Below, one piece after another: positions 49,408-59,542 of a stretch of 64,000 nucleotides of DNA. Made by a program: the position numbers and the translations under genes. This DNA is from Fibrobacteria bacterium (GTDB taxonomy: Bacteria; Fibrobacterota; Fibrobacteria; UBA11236), in contig JANYDA010000052.1 in the NCBI GenBank assembly GCA_025360005.1, positions 58,457-122,456 on the forward strand, given 5' to 3'. The notes under the pieces are model-generated. The model saw only the letters and a list, made by a program, of their open reading frames with translations. It was not told where the DNA came from and made no database searches. Numbering within the stretch: the first letter of the stretch is position 1; each line of letters begins with the position of its first letter.

Positions 49408-50589
49408 TTATCCGCCGATCACGCTTTCCGGCACGTCCGCCGCATAGTCCACGCCCTTGATGCCGAAGCCGTACAGGCGGTGGAAGTCCCCGCGGTAGCC
49501 GGCTATGTCGGCATGCCCCGGACCATTGTCCGTATTGACCAATTGCCACAGGTAATCGACTTCGCGCTGCACGTCTTCGCGCAATTCCCAATCGTCCATA
49601 CGGATGCGGAAATCCGCGTCCACGGGCACGGGCTTGCCGGAATAGAGCTTGGTGCGGAAAAGGCGATCCATCTGCTCCAGACAGCCCTCGTGGATGCCTT
49701 TGGCCTTCATCACCTTGTAGAGCAGGCTGATGTAGAGGGGCATGAAAGGGATGGCGGAGCTGGCCTGGGTGACAAGGGCCTTGTTGACGGAGATGAAGGC
49801 GCGGCCGCCGCTTTGCTTGAGGCGCTCATCCAGTTTGCGCGCGGTCTTTTCCAAGTGGTCCTTGGCGGTGCCGATGGTGCCGTGGCGGTACACCGCTTGG
49901 GTCACCTGCGGGCCGATGTAGGAATAGGCCATGCTGATGGCGCCGGGCGCGAGCAGGCCCTCTTTCTGGAGCAGGTCCATCCACATTTCCCAATCGTCCC
50001 CGCCCATCACGCCCACGGTGTCGCTGACTTCTTCCGGGGTGGCCGCATCCAGGGTGATGGTGGTGACCGCGCCGGTGTTGAAGTCCAGCGTCTTGTTGGT
50101 ATAGGACTTGCCGATGGGCTTGAGTACGGATTTGTACGTCACGCCGGTTTTGGGATCCGTGCGGCGCGGGGCCGCCACGCTATAGACCACCAGGTCCACC
50201 GGGCCCAGCTCCTTGAGCAAGGCCACCGCTTCCGCTTTCATCGCGTCCGAGAAGGCATCCCCGTTCAGGCTCTTGGCCCACAGCCCGGCCTTATGGGCGG
50301 CTTTCTCGAAAGCCTGCGTCTGGTACCAACCGGGCGATGCCGTGCGGCCCTTTTCCGGCGGGCGCTCGAAGGCGAGTCCCAAGGTGCCCGCTCCGCTGCC
50401 GAAGGCGGCGGCAACGCGGGAGGAGAAGCCGAATCCCGTGGAGGAGCCGATGATGAAGGCTTTTTTCGGGCCCTTGGCGATGGGGGCCTGGGATTTGAAA
50501 TGCTCGATTTGCTCCTGCACGCCCGCTGCGCATCCGATGGGATGCGAGGTGGTGCAGAGAAAGCCGCGGATTTTCGGTTCGATTATCAT
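49408..50589 (-). CDS. fabV: Enoyl-ACP / trans-2-enoyl-CoA reductase
   Basis: MIIEPKIRGFLCTTSHP, IGSSTGFG, VMGGDDW, YSYIG, KALVTQASSAIP. Confidence 0.95.
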   Translation of the reverse strand: MIIEPKIRGFLCTTSHPIGCAAGVQEQIEHFKSQAPIAKGPKKAFIIGSSTGFGFSSRVAAAFGSGAGTLGLAFERPPEKGRTASPGWYQTQAFEKAAHKAGLWAKSLNGDAFSDAMKAEAVALLKELGPVDLVVYSVAAPRRTDPKTGVTYKSVLKPIGKSYTNKTLDFNTGAVTTITLDAATPEEVSDTVGVMGGDDWEMWMDLLQKEGLLAPGAISMAYSYIGPQVTQAVYRHGTIGTAKDHLEKTARKLDERLKQSGGRAFISVNKALVTQASSAIPFMPLYISLLYKVMKAKGIHEGCLEQMDRLFRTKLYSGKPVPVDADFRIRMDDWELREDVQREVDYLWQLVNTDNGPGHADIAGYRGDFHRLYGFGIKGVDYAADVPESVIGG

Positions 50590-50717
50590 ATGGGTGAAGC
50601 AAAAAGTAGCTACCCCGGGATCGAATTCCAAACGTCCCTTTCTAAAGACTATCTTTTTGTGCCCGATCGGGTTTTTCCGCCGCCACGTTTGGCGCGCGCC
50701 CGGCAGGAAGGGACGGC

Positions 50718-51836
50718 ATGAAGTTCGAAGCCAACAAACCGGTATTCCTGGACGCCTTGCAGATGGCCGGCAATGCGTCGCCCACCAAGACCACGCTGCA
50801 GATCCTCTATAACCTGTTGCTGAAGTTGGAAGGCAACACCCTGGAAATCCGCGCCACCGATTTGGACATGACCATAGTGCTGCGCCTGCAGGTGGAAGGC
50901 CATGAGGACGGGGAAATCGTCATCAACTCCAAGAAACTTCTGGAAGTGGTGAAAGAGCTTCCGGACTTTCCCGTGCTGCTTTCCGTGGATGAATACATCG
51001 TCACCATCAAATCCGAATCCGGATTCCAATGCAACCTCACCGGCTTCGACGCCAGCGAATATCCCGCCTTGCCGGATTTGGGCGCGGCCAAGTCCTTCCA
51101 TATCCCCCTGAAGGATTTCCGCTTCCTGAGCGAGAAGACGACCTTCGCCGTTTCCGGCGACTACAGCCGTATGAGTCTAACGGGCGCCTATTGCGAATTC
51201 AAGGAAGGCGCCTTGCAGATGGTGGCCACCGACGGGCATCGCCTGGGCAAGGCCTGGACGGCCGCCTCCGGCCTGCCCGCCCAGCCCGGCGTGATCCTGC
51301 CGCCCAAGGCCCTGTCGCAGATCCTGCGCATGTCCGAGGATCCGGAGCAAGTGATCCAAGTGGAAATCGGCCCCGCCAACGCGCGCTTTTCCACCGACAC
51401 CATCGTCATCTTCACCAAACTCATCGAAGGCCCGTATCCCAATTACGAAAACGTGATCCCCAAGGATTTCTCCAAGCAGATGAAGGGGAACCGGGAGCAT
51501 CTGGGCTCCGTGATCCGGCGCGTGGCCACCATGGCCAACGCGAAAACCAAGCTGGTGGTTTTCGGATTCCAGGAGCGGCAATTGGCGCTGTCGGCCAAGA
51601 ACCAGGATCTGGGCGGAGACTCCGAGGAATCCCTGCCCGTGGAGTATAGCGGCGAGCCCGTGGAAGTGGGCATCAACGCCAACTACGTGCTGGAGGTGTT
51701 CCGCCTCATCCATACGGAAGAAGTGCAGTTCAAGTTCAACAATCCGCTCGGCGCCATCATCGTGGAACCGGTAATGGATAAGCCGAACTATTTCTTCATC
51801 GTGATGCCGTTGCGGATTCTTAAAGACGGCCAATAA
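50718..51836 (+). CDS. dnaN: DNA polymerase III beta clamp
   Basis: RATDLD, VATDGHRL, KLIEGPYPNY, VMPLR. Confidence 0.97.
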   Translation: MKFEANKPVFLDALQMAGNASPTKTTLQILYNLLLKLEGNTLEIRATDLDMTIVLRLQVEGHEDGEIVINSKKLLEVVKELPDFPVLLSVDEYIVTIKSESGFQCNLTGFDASEYPALPDLGAAKSFHIPLKDFRFLSEKTTFAVSGDYSRMSLTGAYCEFKEGALQMVATDGHRLGKAWTAASGLPAQPGVILPPKALSQILRMSEDPEQVIQVEIGPANARFSTDTIVIFTKLIEGPYPNYENVIPKDFSKQMKGNREHLGSVIRRVATMANAKTKLVVFGFQERQLALSAKNQDLGGDSEESLPVEYSGEPVEVGINANYVLEVFRLIHTEEVQFKFNNPLGAIIVEPVMDKPNYFFIVMPLRILKDGQ

Positions 51837-51940
51837 GACCAGAGGCGATAGGCCTTCCCGCCGTCTACGGCCAGGATGGGAAAACACTGGCCCGCAGTCC
51901 CACGTTGCACCTTCCGGTCGCGGGGCCCTATAATCCTGAT

Positions 51941-53365
51941 GTGAAACTTCCCTTTCGAGTTTTGGCCTGGGGACTGGCGTTGCTGCCGTTGCGCGGCCAT
52001 TCCCGGCCATCGCTTCCGGAACCGCCTTTAGGCACCGCCTCGGCCTCCTTTGCGGGCGGGGGAGCGGCGCATGCTTCCGGGATCAACTCCGTGTTCGACA
52101 ATCCGGCCGCACTTTCCATCCAAGACGATTTCCAGGCGGAAGCCGGTATGATGGGTTTGGCCGGCGGCATCTCCCCTTATTTCCTGTTCGGATCCAAAGG
52201 CGGCGGAAACTCATCCTTCGCCTGCGGCTATTTCTACGACGCCCGCGCAGGCGATCCGGAATATCCCGTGCGGCCCCGCCAAGGCATGGTGGCCGGGGGC
52301 TCCTGGCAGGCGCGTCCTTGGGCGTCCTTGGGCGCATCCGTGCGCAGCGTGGGCACGGGCGCGGGAGTGGGCCTGGAAGGTTTCGGCATCGACGAGGACG
52401 CGGGAGCCCTGCTCACGCCCTGGCGCGCATTGCGCTTGGGGCTGGCCATCCGCAACCTGCAGGAATCCGGGGCGGGCCAGGTACCCGAAGGGTTTCGGAC
52501 ACGCCGGAGTTACCTGCTGTCCGGGGGCGCGGGCCTGGAGCGCGTGGACCTGCTGGGCCTCACCTTCCATGATCCGGATGCCTACTACGAATTCCGATCG
52601 GTGGGTCCGCCGCCGGATGGGCGCATGGTCCATGCCTTCTCCGCGGCCGCCGGCTTTATGCCGGAAGGCCGGTTGGCATTCCGGGGAACCTTTCTGCTGC
52701 CGCAATCCGGAACGCCCGGCTATGCGCTAGGCACTTTCCTCAATCTGCCGTTGGGACGCCGCGGCGCGCTCCTGTTCGGTTATACCTTTCAGACCGGCGG
52801 GCCCCAAGCCACCGGGGAAGCGGACGCCTCGCATTCCATTTCCCTCCGCTTCCGCCTGGGCGCCAAGCCGGTTGCGCTGCCGCTCACGGTGGAGTTGCGC
52901 GCGGACAAGGCCTACGCCGCGCCGCGGGACAGCGCAACCCCGGCCCAGTTGGATTTCCGCCTTTCGGTCATCGATAAGACCCACAGCCATGCGTCGGGCG
53001 AAAACGATCTCCAGGCCGCGGAGCCTTTCCCCGCGGGGGCGGAAGGGTATCGGCCGGCGGGTCCTGAGGCAAAACCGCTGCGGGAGTCGGCGCGCGCGTT
53101 GTCGGAAGGCAGGATCCGGGAATGGCTTCTTACCATCCACGCCGTGGGCAAGGATGGCGTGGCCGGAGCCGAGGTGAAAACTTACCGGGGCCGGGATTTG
53201 CCTCCCAAGGTGATCCGATGGCTGGCCCTGGACGAGACGGGCAAACGTATACCGCCGGGATTTTATTGCTTCCGCCTGGAAGCGACGGATGCGGATGGAA
53301 ACCACGGCAATACCGCATGGCAGATGGTGGAAATCGGAACCGATCCGGACGCGCCCGCCAAGTGA
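51941..53365 (+). CDS. Outer-membrane beta-barrel (PorV/FadL-like) with C-terminal FlgD-like Ig domain
   Basis: Signal peptide, SVFDNPAAL motif, amphipathic strands (LRLGLAIRNL), C-terminal W..DETGKRIPPGFYCFRLEATD. Confidence 0.6.
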   Translation: MKLPFRVLAWGLALLPLRGHSRPSLPEPPLGTASASFAGGGAAHASGINSVFDNPAALSIQDDFQAEAGMMGLAGGISPYFLFGSKGGGNSSFACGYFYDARAGDPEYPVRPRQGMVAGGSWQARPWASLGASVRSVGTGAGVGLEGFGIDEDAGALLTPWRALRLGLAIRNLQESGAGQVPEGFRTRRSYLLSGGAGLERVDLLGLTFHDPDAYYEFRSVGPPPDGRMVHAFSAAAGFMPEGRLAFRGTFLLPQSGTPGYALGTFLNLPLGRRGALLFGYTFQTGGPQATGEADASHSISLRFRLGAKPVALPLTVELRADKAYAAPRDSATPAQLDFRLSVIDKTHSHASGENDLQAAEPFPAGAEGYRPAGPEAKPLRESARALSEGRIREWLLTIHAVGKDGVAGAEVKTYRGRDLPPKVIRWLALDETGKRIPPGFYCFRLEATDADGNHGNTAWQMVEIGTDPDAPAK

Positions 53366-53482
53366 AGGGCCCGGATTGTGAATTCCTCTAAATGTCCTGG
53401 TAAATCAGGGGTTTAGCGATATATTCCCTGGAGGTGGGAACGGGTTCCGGATGCGGGGCCATCCGCCTAAGGGGGGTCTTCC

Positions 53483-53890
53483 ATGTCGGCTCGCAAATCC
53501 TGGATCCTGATCGTGTTGGGCGCTGTCGGGCTGGCGATGGCGGTTGGTTCCGATGCTCCGGTGCAAGGCAGAGGGGCCGATCTTGGCGCAGGTGCGGGAG
53601 CCGCGGCCTCCGCCGATCACGGCGCTTATTTCGCGCCCGCCATGCGTTTCGACGCGGACGCAGGTAGCTTGGAAGTTACCTTCGGAATCGAAGAGGCCGC
53701 CCGCCTGTCCTTGAGCGCTTTCGACAGCCAGGGCAAATTGCTCGCCATCCTCTTGGACGAAAACCAGGGTTCCGGCTTCCATCATCTCTCGCTTTTCTCG
53801 AACCGTCTGCAAGGCTATCAGGGCCACGTGGTTTTCCAATTGCGGGACGGGCAATCCATCCTGGCCGAGACGCGCACCCGCGCCCGCTGA
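53483..53890 (+). CDS. Small exported protein consisting essentially of a T9SS/FlgD-like C-terminal domain
   Basis: Signal peptide, then LSAFDSQGKLLAILLDENQGSGFHHL. Confidence 0.6.
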   Translation: MSARKSWILIVLGAVGLAMAVGSDAPVQGRGADLGAGAGAAASADHGAYFAPAMRFDADAGSLEVTFGIEEAARLSLSAFDSQGKLLAILLDENQGSGFHHLSLFSNRLQGYQGHVVFQLRDGQSILAETRTRAR

Positions 53891-53938
53891 ATCCCCGCTT
53901 CCGCCAACGTAAAGCGGGAGGCGTAGAACAGGCCGGGG

Positions 53939-54433
53939 CTATTTCCCGAACTGGCCCTCCACCAAGGCTTCCATGTCTTTTTCCTGCGCAGCCGTGTATT
54001 GGGGCATGGTCTTGAGGAGCGAGCCATCGCGGCCGAACACGTATACGGAAGGCAGGCCTTCGAAGCCGAACAGCTTGGACATGGCGTCCTCGCCGTCCCA
54101 CAGAATCTGATAGTCCATTTTCATTTTGCGTACGAACTTGGCGACCTTCTCCTTTGGCCCCTTGTCCGTGCTTACGCCCACCACAGCCAGGTCGCCGCCG
54201 TATTTGCCCTTGAGGCCTTCCAATACCGGAATGGTTTGCCTGCAGCTTATGCACCAGGTGGCCCAGAAGTCGAGGATCACCACCTTGCCTTTCCATTCCT
54301 TGGAGGCATGGGGGTTGCCTTCCAAATCCAGGAGCGAGAAGGCGGGCAGGGTTTTTACCTCGGCGGCCATGGCAGAGGCCGAGAGGAGAGAGGCGGTGAG
54401 GCAGAGGGCGGATAGGAGGGTACGCATGGCCAT
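53939..54433 (-). CDS. TlpA-family thiol-disulfide oxidoreductase
   Basis: Signal peptide AMA|AE, PAFSLLDLEG, LDFWATWCISC, GLPS. Confidence 0.9.
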   Translation of the reverse strand: MAMRTLLSALCLTASLLSASAMAAEVKTLPAFSLLDLEGNPHASKEWKGKVVILDFWATWCISCRQTIPVLEGLKGKYGGDLAVVGVSTDKGPKEKVAKFVRKMKMDYQILWDGEDAMSKLFGFEGLPSVYVFGRDGSLLKTMPQYTAAQEKDMEALVEGQFGK

Positions 54434-54689
54434 ATAATACTCATTCCCCGGCCGGAAAAAAGAAACCGCCGCGCCTAATGGCCGCTTCGTCCCCTTCCCG
54501 GCGACCCGAAAAAAAACCACGATCCCCGGCAACGCTTTTCCGGTCCGGGAGACAAAGGCGGCTGTAGCGATGCCGAAGGGCCTATCAATAAGGTAAAGCC
54601 CGCGGGAAAAGGGTGAGAGATTCGGGCATTAAAGGCCAATTTTTGAGACTCGAAAACCGATAATTCACAAAATCACAGGAGACGGAAAC

Positions 54690-55388
54690 ATGTCGAACAG
54701 AAAATGGTTGGCCACGGGGATTTTAATTTTGTCGGCGGTGGGGATAGCGGGGGCGCATTTGGACGGCAGTGGCATGAAGCCGGCCGGGGGCGAGACCTTT
54801 ACCGTGGGCACTGCCACCAAAATCACCTGGAAGGTCGTCAATTTGCATGATGGCAAGATGAACATCGATTTCTCCGCGGACAATGGCTCGACCTGGAAAA
54901 TCGTTAAGGCCTACACTGCGAGCGGCACTGGAACGCAAGAGTTCAATTGGACCCCAGACGCTGTAACGGAACATGGTAAAATCCGGATTTGCCAAACCGC
55001 GGGAGCTGCCGCTTGCACGGATGCACAAAACACTTCAAATCCGACAAGCGCGGCCCCATACATACTTGTCACGCCAAGCTTTTCCGTGTCGGGCACTTCC
55101 GGAATCGCGAAGAATGTGGAACAGGCCGGCAAGGACTTTTTTGAATTCCATCCGGATACCCGTGACCTGGATGTTTCCTTCAACCTTGCCGAAGCCAAAG
55201 ACGTCCTCCTGCAAGCATTCGATGCCCAGGGACATTTGATCGCCACCGTGCTGGAAGGCAAGCAGGGCGCGGGGATGCACAAGCTCTCCGTATTCTCGAA
55301 CAAGTTGAACTCCGTTTCCGGGGTGCTGGTGTTTAAGCTGAAAGCCGGCAATGAGGTTCGCACTCAAAGCTGGAACACGGCGCGCTGA
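54690..55388 (+). CDS. Exported Ig-like protein with T9SS/FlgD-like C-terminal domain
   Basis: Signal peptide, PAGGETFTVG..ITW..IDFSADNGSTW; CTD paralogous to 53483..53890. Confidence 0.65.
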   Translation: MSNRKWLATGILILSAVGIAGAHLDGSGMKPAGGETFTVGTATKITWKVVNLHDGKMNIDFSADNGSTWKIVKAYTASGTGTQEFNWTPDAVTEHGKIRICQTAGAAACTDAQNTSNPTSAAPYILVTPSFSVSGTSGIAKNVEQAGKDFFEFHPDTRDLDVSFNLAEAKDVLLQAFDAQGHLIATVLEGKQGAGMHKLSVFSNKLNSVSGVLVFKLKAGNEVRTQSWNTAR

Positions 55389-55463
55389 GCCGAATCTAAC
55401 GCAAACAGTCAATGCGGAACATGAATATGTAGGTCAGCGATATGATTGATATGGAGCCCGGTC

Positions 55464-56648
55464 TTAAAGATCGAAAGACAACCCCACCATCAAAGTCCCC
55501 TGCACATAGGTTTCATCGGCCGGGAACAACTGGTAATGGTAGGTGGGATTGATCCCGTCCTCTTCGCCGTGGGTATTGCGCAGGCCATGATCATAGCCGA
55601 TGTCCCAGCGATCCGGCAGGTATGGGGATGCGGCCCAGCTTTCCGGGAATTCCGATCCCGCCTTGAACCCCAGCGTAAGCGAAGAGAAGGCGTAGAAGCG
55701 GATATCCGCGGTGCGGAAGGCTTCGTCGCCGGCATAGGCGTCCTTGGCAAAGGCGGCGGCGCTCTGGCGGTAGCCGCGCGCCCGCAGGCGCACATAGGTC
55801 CCCTCGCGCAGGTATTGGTACCATTGCAGATCCGCGGTGTTGGAGACCAGCTTCCAATCGTCCCGGTAATGGCGGGCCTCCAGCCGCAGCGATCCCAGTT
55901 GCTCCCCGATATGGAAGCCTTGGATGATTTGGGCGGAGAGGGAGACGCCGGTTTTTTCGCCGGGCAGGTTCTCCAGCTCCAAGCTCCCCGCCGAGGTGAT
56001 GACGGGATTGTAGGGATGCCCCAGGAATCCGGAGCTATGTAACACGTTCACGGTAAGTCCGCTCAGGGTCAAAGGCGTGATGACCTGGGCCAGGGTGGCG
56101 GAGAGGGAGAGGATGTTGCGCTTGCCGCCCAGGCCTCGGAAGGGGCCGGTGGGATGCATGTCGTCGAAGAAAGTGGCGGCGGAGCCCCCTAAGGTGGTAT
56201 TGCGATCGTTGCAATCCAGGGAACCGGACAGGGAAGGCGAATAGGAGCGATAGTCGTTCTCATCGCTGAAATAGAAGGCGGCGGCGGCGTTGCGGCCTTG
56301 CTTGGCATAGGCGAAAGTGGCCTGCTCGGAATGGCGGATTTCCCGTTGCGATGCGCCGGTAACCGCGTCCAATTTCAGATCATTGTCGGCCAGGCGGCCG
56401 ATGTTGCGGAGGCCCAGCCGGCGCGAGGCGCCGGAGACCACGTCCAATTCCTGGTCCCATTGGAATTTCCAGAGCGGGGCCAGCTTGCGGAAATAGGCGA
56501 AGGCGGGCGTATGATTCCAGACGCCGTTGCGATCCCAGTAATACATATACTTGAAGTCCAGGCCTTGATTGGATTCGCCCGCTTGCGGGCTCGCGGTCGC
56601 GGCCGCCAGGAGGCATAGCGCCGCGGCCAGGGGTTTCAGCATCCGCAT
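55464..56648 (-). CDS. DUF3570 family outer-membrane beta-barrel protein
   Basis: DVVSGAS / DAVTGAS, SDENDYRS, NDRNTTL, GFLGHPY, ENLP, YRDDW, YRQSAAAF, TADIR. Confidence 0.8.
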   Translation of the reverse strand: MRMLKPLAAALCLLAAATASPQAGESNQGLDFKYMYYWDRNGVWNHTPAFAYFRKLAPLWKFQWDQELDVVSGASRRLGLRNIGRLADNDLKLDAVTGASQREIRHSEQATFAYAKQGRNAAAAFYFSDENDYRSYSPSLSGSLDCNDRNTTLGGSAATFFDDMHPTGPFRGLGGKRNILSLSATLAQVITPLTLSGLTVNVLHSSGFLGHPYNPVITSAGSLELENLPGEKTGVSLSAQIIQGFHIGEQLGSLRLEARHYRDDWKLVSNTADLQWYQYLREGTYVRLRARGYRQSAAAFAKDAYAGDEAFRTADIRFYAFSSLTLGFKAGSEFPESWAASPYLPDRWDIGYDHGLRNTHGEEDGINPTYHYQLFPADETYVQGTLMVGLSFDL

Positions 56649-56899
56649 CCGCCGCCGGATCCGGAGCTGCCGCCCGAGGAGCCTTCGCGCCGCGGCAGAT
56701 TATGGCTTTCCAGGCCGCCGCCCAAAGGGTCCGGAGCGCGTTGCATGATGGGGTCGCTCAGGAATTCGCGATCCTTCTGCTGCACGCGCGCGCAGCCGCA
56801 ACCGAAAGCGGCCGTGAGCGCGAACAGGCCGGCCAGGAAAAAGGCCGGCGGAGAGGGGAATCGCGGGGGGGCAAGGGAAGCGCATGGGCGGGGCTTCAT
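56636..56899 (-). CDS. DUF4266 family small lipoprotein
   Basis: GCARVQQKDREFLSDPIM..REGSSGG..GGGCGC. Confidence 0.85.
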   Translation of the reverse strand: MKPRPCASLAPPRFPSPPAFFLAGLFALTAAFGCGCARVQQKDREFLSDPIMQRAPDPLGGGLESHNLPRREGSSGGSSGSGGGCGC

Positions 56900-57576
56900 G
56901 GGGCGGGACTCCCTCCGTTCTTATCCTTCAATTCCGGCAAACCCTTGGCCACGGAACCCCAGCTATACACCTTGGGGCCGGGATGGCAGGCCACGGCGGA
57001 ACAGGATTCCTGGGTGGGGTTGTAGCTGGCTGAATCGCCGCCGAAGCGGGCGGGATCGGAATTGCGGGAATCGAATTTGACGTCCACGGTGTTGTTCAGA
57101 TGCGCCAGCGTGGTCATGTATTCCTGGAATTTGGGCGCGGGTCCGGGCCGCGCGGGCATGGGACGGGGATGATGCTGATGCAATGTATCTACACCCAGGA
57201 AAGCCAGGCTGCGGATGATCTTTCCGTCGGTGGTTTTGCCGTCCGCATTGGGATGGGAAAGCGTCCCCCATTTTTCTCCGCTGGTATCCTGGTAGATGGA
57301 ATCGAAAAGGGTCAGCGCCTGGAATTGGATGGATAAGCTATGGCAATCCAGGCAGGTGATCTCGCCGTTCAGATCCCTGTTGGCGCCCGCATCCTTAAGA
57401 TGATAATCATGGTTGCGATCGGTTAGGGGGTAGGCGTGGCAACCGGCGCAATCCATGCCCACAGCGGGCGTCGCCGTACGGGCGGTCAAAGCGGAGGAGT
57501 CCGCCTTCCAATCTCCGCATCCCATCAGCAGGGCGGTCCCAATGGCCGGCCACAGCTTTCGCCAGGGAATCTTCAT
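56896..57576 (-). CDS. CxxCH/CxxxxCH c-type cytochrome lipoprotein (about 3 hemes)
   Basis: Lipobox LMGC; CAGCH, CLDCH, CSAVACH; HLNNTVDVKF..ASYN resembles Geobacter-type CxxxxCH repeats. Confidence 0.8.
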   Translation of the reverse strand: MKIPWRKLWPAIGTALLMGCGDWKADSSALTARTATPAVGMDCAGCHAYPLTDRNHDYHLKDAGANRDLNGEITCLDCHSLSIQFQALTLFDSIYQDTSGEKWGTLSHPNADGKTTDGKIIRSLAFLGVDTLHQHHPRPMPARPGPAPKFQEYMTTLAHLNNTVDVKFDSRNSDPARFGGDSASYNPTQESCSAVACHPGPKVYSWGSVAKGLPELKDKNGGSPAP

Positions 57577-57788
57577 CTCCGCAAAACTAAAAACCTTGGC
57601 GCGGATTGCCGATTATTCCCCAATTCTTGCCGGATTTTTCCCTGCTCCTTGGCCGCGCCGTGTTTTTCTCCGGGAGCGCAACGCGGCAGCGGCATTTTTC
57701 CATTACTCTTTGGCATGGCCCGGTTGCGGGCCGGCGTCGCGGGGCTTCCCAGGCGCGGGATCCAAACAACCATCACCGGGGAGAACGC

Positions 57789-59462
57789 ATGCGGAACAAC
57801 GATCGCGGGAAAAGCGGTTCGGCGGCAGCGCGGGCTTTTGCGGTCGCTTCCCTTTGCGCGTCCGCCTTGGGCTTCTCCCCGGCGCGCGCGCAATTCACCT
57901 ACCCCGGCTGCCCGGATCTTCAAGCCGGGGATTTCCGCAAGGTAAGCCTGGTGGACAAAACCTCCTATCCGGACCTCGATGAGCCCATCAAGATGGATGT
58001 GGCCCATGACGGGCGCGTGTTCTGGATAGAGCGCGCGGGCGCGGTGCGGCGTTGGGATCCCGCCACCGGCAAGGTGGCCCTATTGGCTTCCCTCAATGTC
58101 TACGTACAAAGCACGCGGGGCGGCACCGGGATCGTCCTGGATCCGGACTTTGACCATAATAATTGGTTATACCTGGGATATACGCCCATGGGCGCCCCGG
58201 CTGATCACCACCAGATTTCCCGGTTCACCTTGGCCGGCGACAAGCTGCTGGACGAGAAGCCGCTCCTGCGCGTTCCTTTGCTGGCCAATACGGGCAATCA
58301 CGCCACCGCCGCCATGGCCTTCGATCCCAAGGGCAACCTCTTCATCACCATGGGGGACGCCATCTCGCCCATCAATATCGGCGCGTTCGCCGTGGACGGG
58401 TATGCGCCCATCCATCCCGGCAATCCCAACCTGGACGCGCGCCGCACCGCCGCCAACAGCAACGATTTGAACGGCAAGATCCTGCGCATCCATCCGGAAG
58501 CCGCCGGAGGCTATACCGTCCCCGTCGGCAATCTTTTTCCGGAAGGGACGGCTGGGACCCGCCCGGAAATCTATTCCATGGGGCATCGCAATCCCTTCAC
58601 CCTCTGGTACGACAGGCCCACGGGCTGGCTGTTCGTGGGGGAGGTGGGGCCGGATGCATTGCAAGCCGACCCCGAACGCGGCCCGGCGGCCCAGGACGAA
58701 TTCAACGTGGTCAAGGGCCCGGGCAATTACGGCTGGCCCTTTATGGGCGGACAGAACATCCCGTACAACGAGTATGACTACGTGAACAAGAAAACCGGCC
58801 CCAAATTCGACCCCAACAATTTGCAGAACAATTCGCCATATAATACCGGCCTGAAAAACCTCCCCCCCGCGCGGCCGGCGCTTATCGCTTTCGGCCATGA
58901 CGGCAAGTCGCCCGATCAATCCAGGTTCCCCCTGCTGGGAGGCCCCAGAGGCGGCGCGCCCATCGGCGGGCCACTCTATCGTTACCAGGCCGCGCTCGAT
59001 TCCAAAGCGAAATTGCCGCCCCATTTCGACGGCGCCTGGTTCCTGGCCGATCATGAACGGCAATGGTTCCTGGCGGCCATGCTGGACTCGGCGGCGGAAA
59101 AGGTCGAGAGCATCCGCAACCCGTTCCCCGGCATCGCCGTGCACGGCGTCATCGGCATGACCGTCGGCCCGGAAGGGGCGCTCTACCTCATCGAATACGG
59201 CGAGATAGGTTATTCCTCCAACAACAATCAACGGATTTCCCGCATCGAATATCAGGGGAGCTGTTTGCCTAAAGCGGCTACCGGTTTATCGCGGCCCTTT
59301 GGCCATACAGGTCCGCGTCCGCCGGCCATGCGCCCAAGGTTGACGGCCGATTTATCCCGGGGCCGGGTGCTGGTCTATGGGGCCGGTCAAGCGACAGGTC
59401 CCGCTCATGATCTTTTCGGGCGCGCGATTCCCGCGGTTCGCAGGTTTCCCACGATTCCTTAA
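57789..59462 (+). CDS. Glucose/sorbosone dehydrogenase-family (PQQ-type) beta-propeller, exported
   Basis: LDPDF, NDLNGKILRI, RPEIYSMGHRNPF, GEVGPD, GNYGWP, GPEGALY. ATG 57789. Confidence 0.88.
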   Translation: MRNNDRGKSGSAAARAFAVASLCASALGFSPARAQFTYPGCPDLQAGDFRKVSLVDKTSYPDLDEPIKMDVAHDGRVFWIERAGAVRRWDPATGKVALLASLNVYVQSTRGGTGIVLDPDFDHNNWLYLGYTPMGAPADHHQISRFTLAGDKLLDEKPLLRVPLLANTGNHATAAMAFDPKGNLFITMGDAISPINIGAFAVDGYAPIHPGNPNLDARRTAANSNDLNGKILRIHPEAAGGYTVPVGNLFPEGTAGTRPEIYSMGHRNPFTLWYDRPTGWLFVGEVGPDALQADPERGPAAQDEFNVVKGPGNYGWPFMGGQNIPYNEYDYVNKKTGPKFDPNNLQNNSPYNTGLKNLPPARPALIAFGHDGKSPDQSRFPLLGGPRGGAPIGGPLYRYQAALDSKAKLPPHFDGAWFLADHERQWFLAAMLDSAAEKVESIRNPFPGIAVHGVIGMTVGPEGALYLIEYGEIGYSSNNNQRISRIEYQGSCLPKAATGLSRPFGHTGPRPPAMRPRLTADLSRGRVLVYGAGQATGPAHDLFGRAIPAVRRFPTIP

Positions 59463-59542
59463 TGGAAAAATTTATCCGGGGGGCGCTGTCTCGGGACGCG
59501 GACCAGGTTCCCCGCCGCCATCCCGCTTGCTACCTTTAAAGG

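Noticed and set aside
56636-56650. Possible selenocysteine read-through at CGC-TGA of DUF4266
   Set aside because: The family normally ends right after CGC, the TGA overlaps the next gene's start, and I saw no convincing SECIS.
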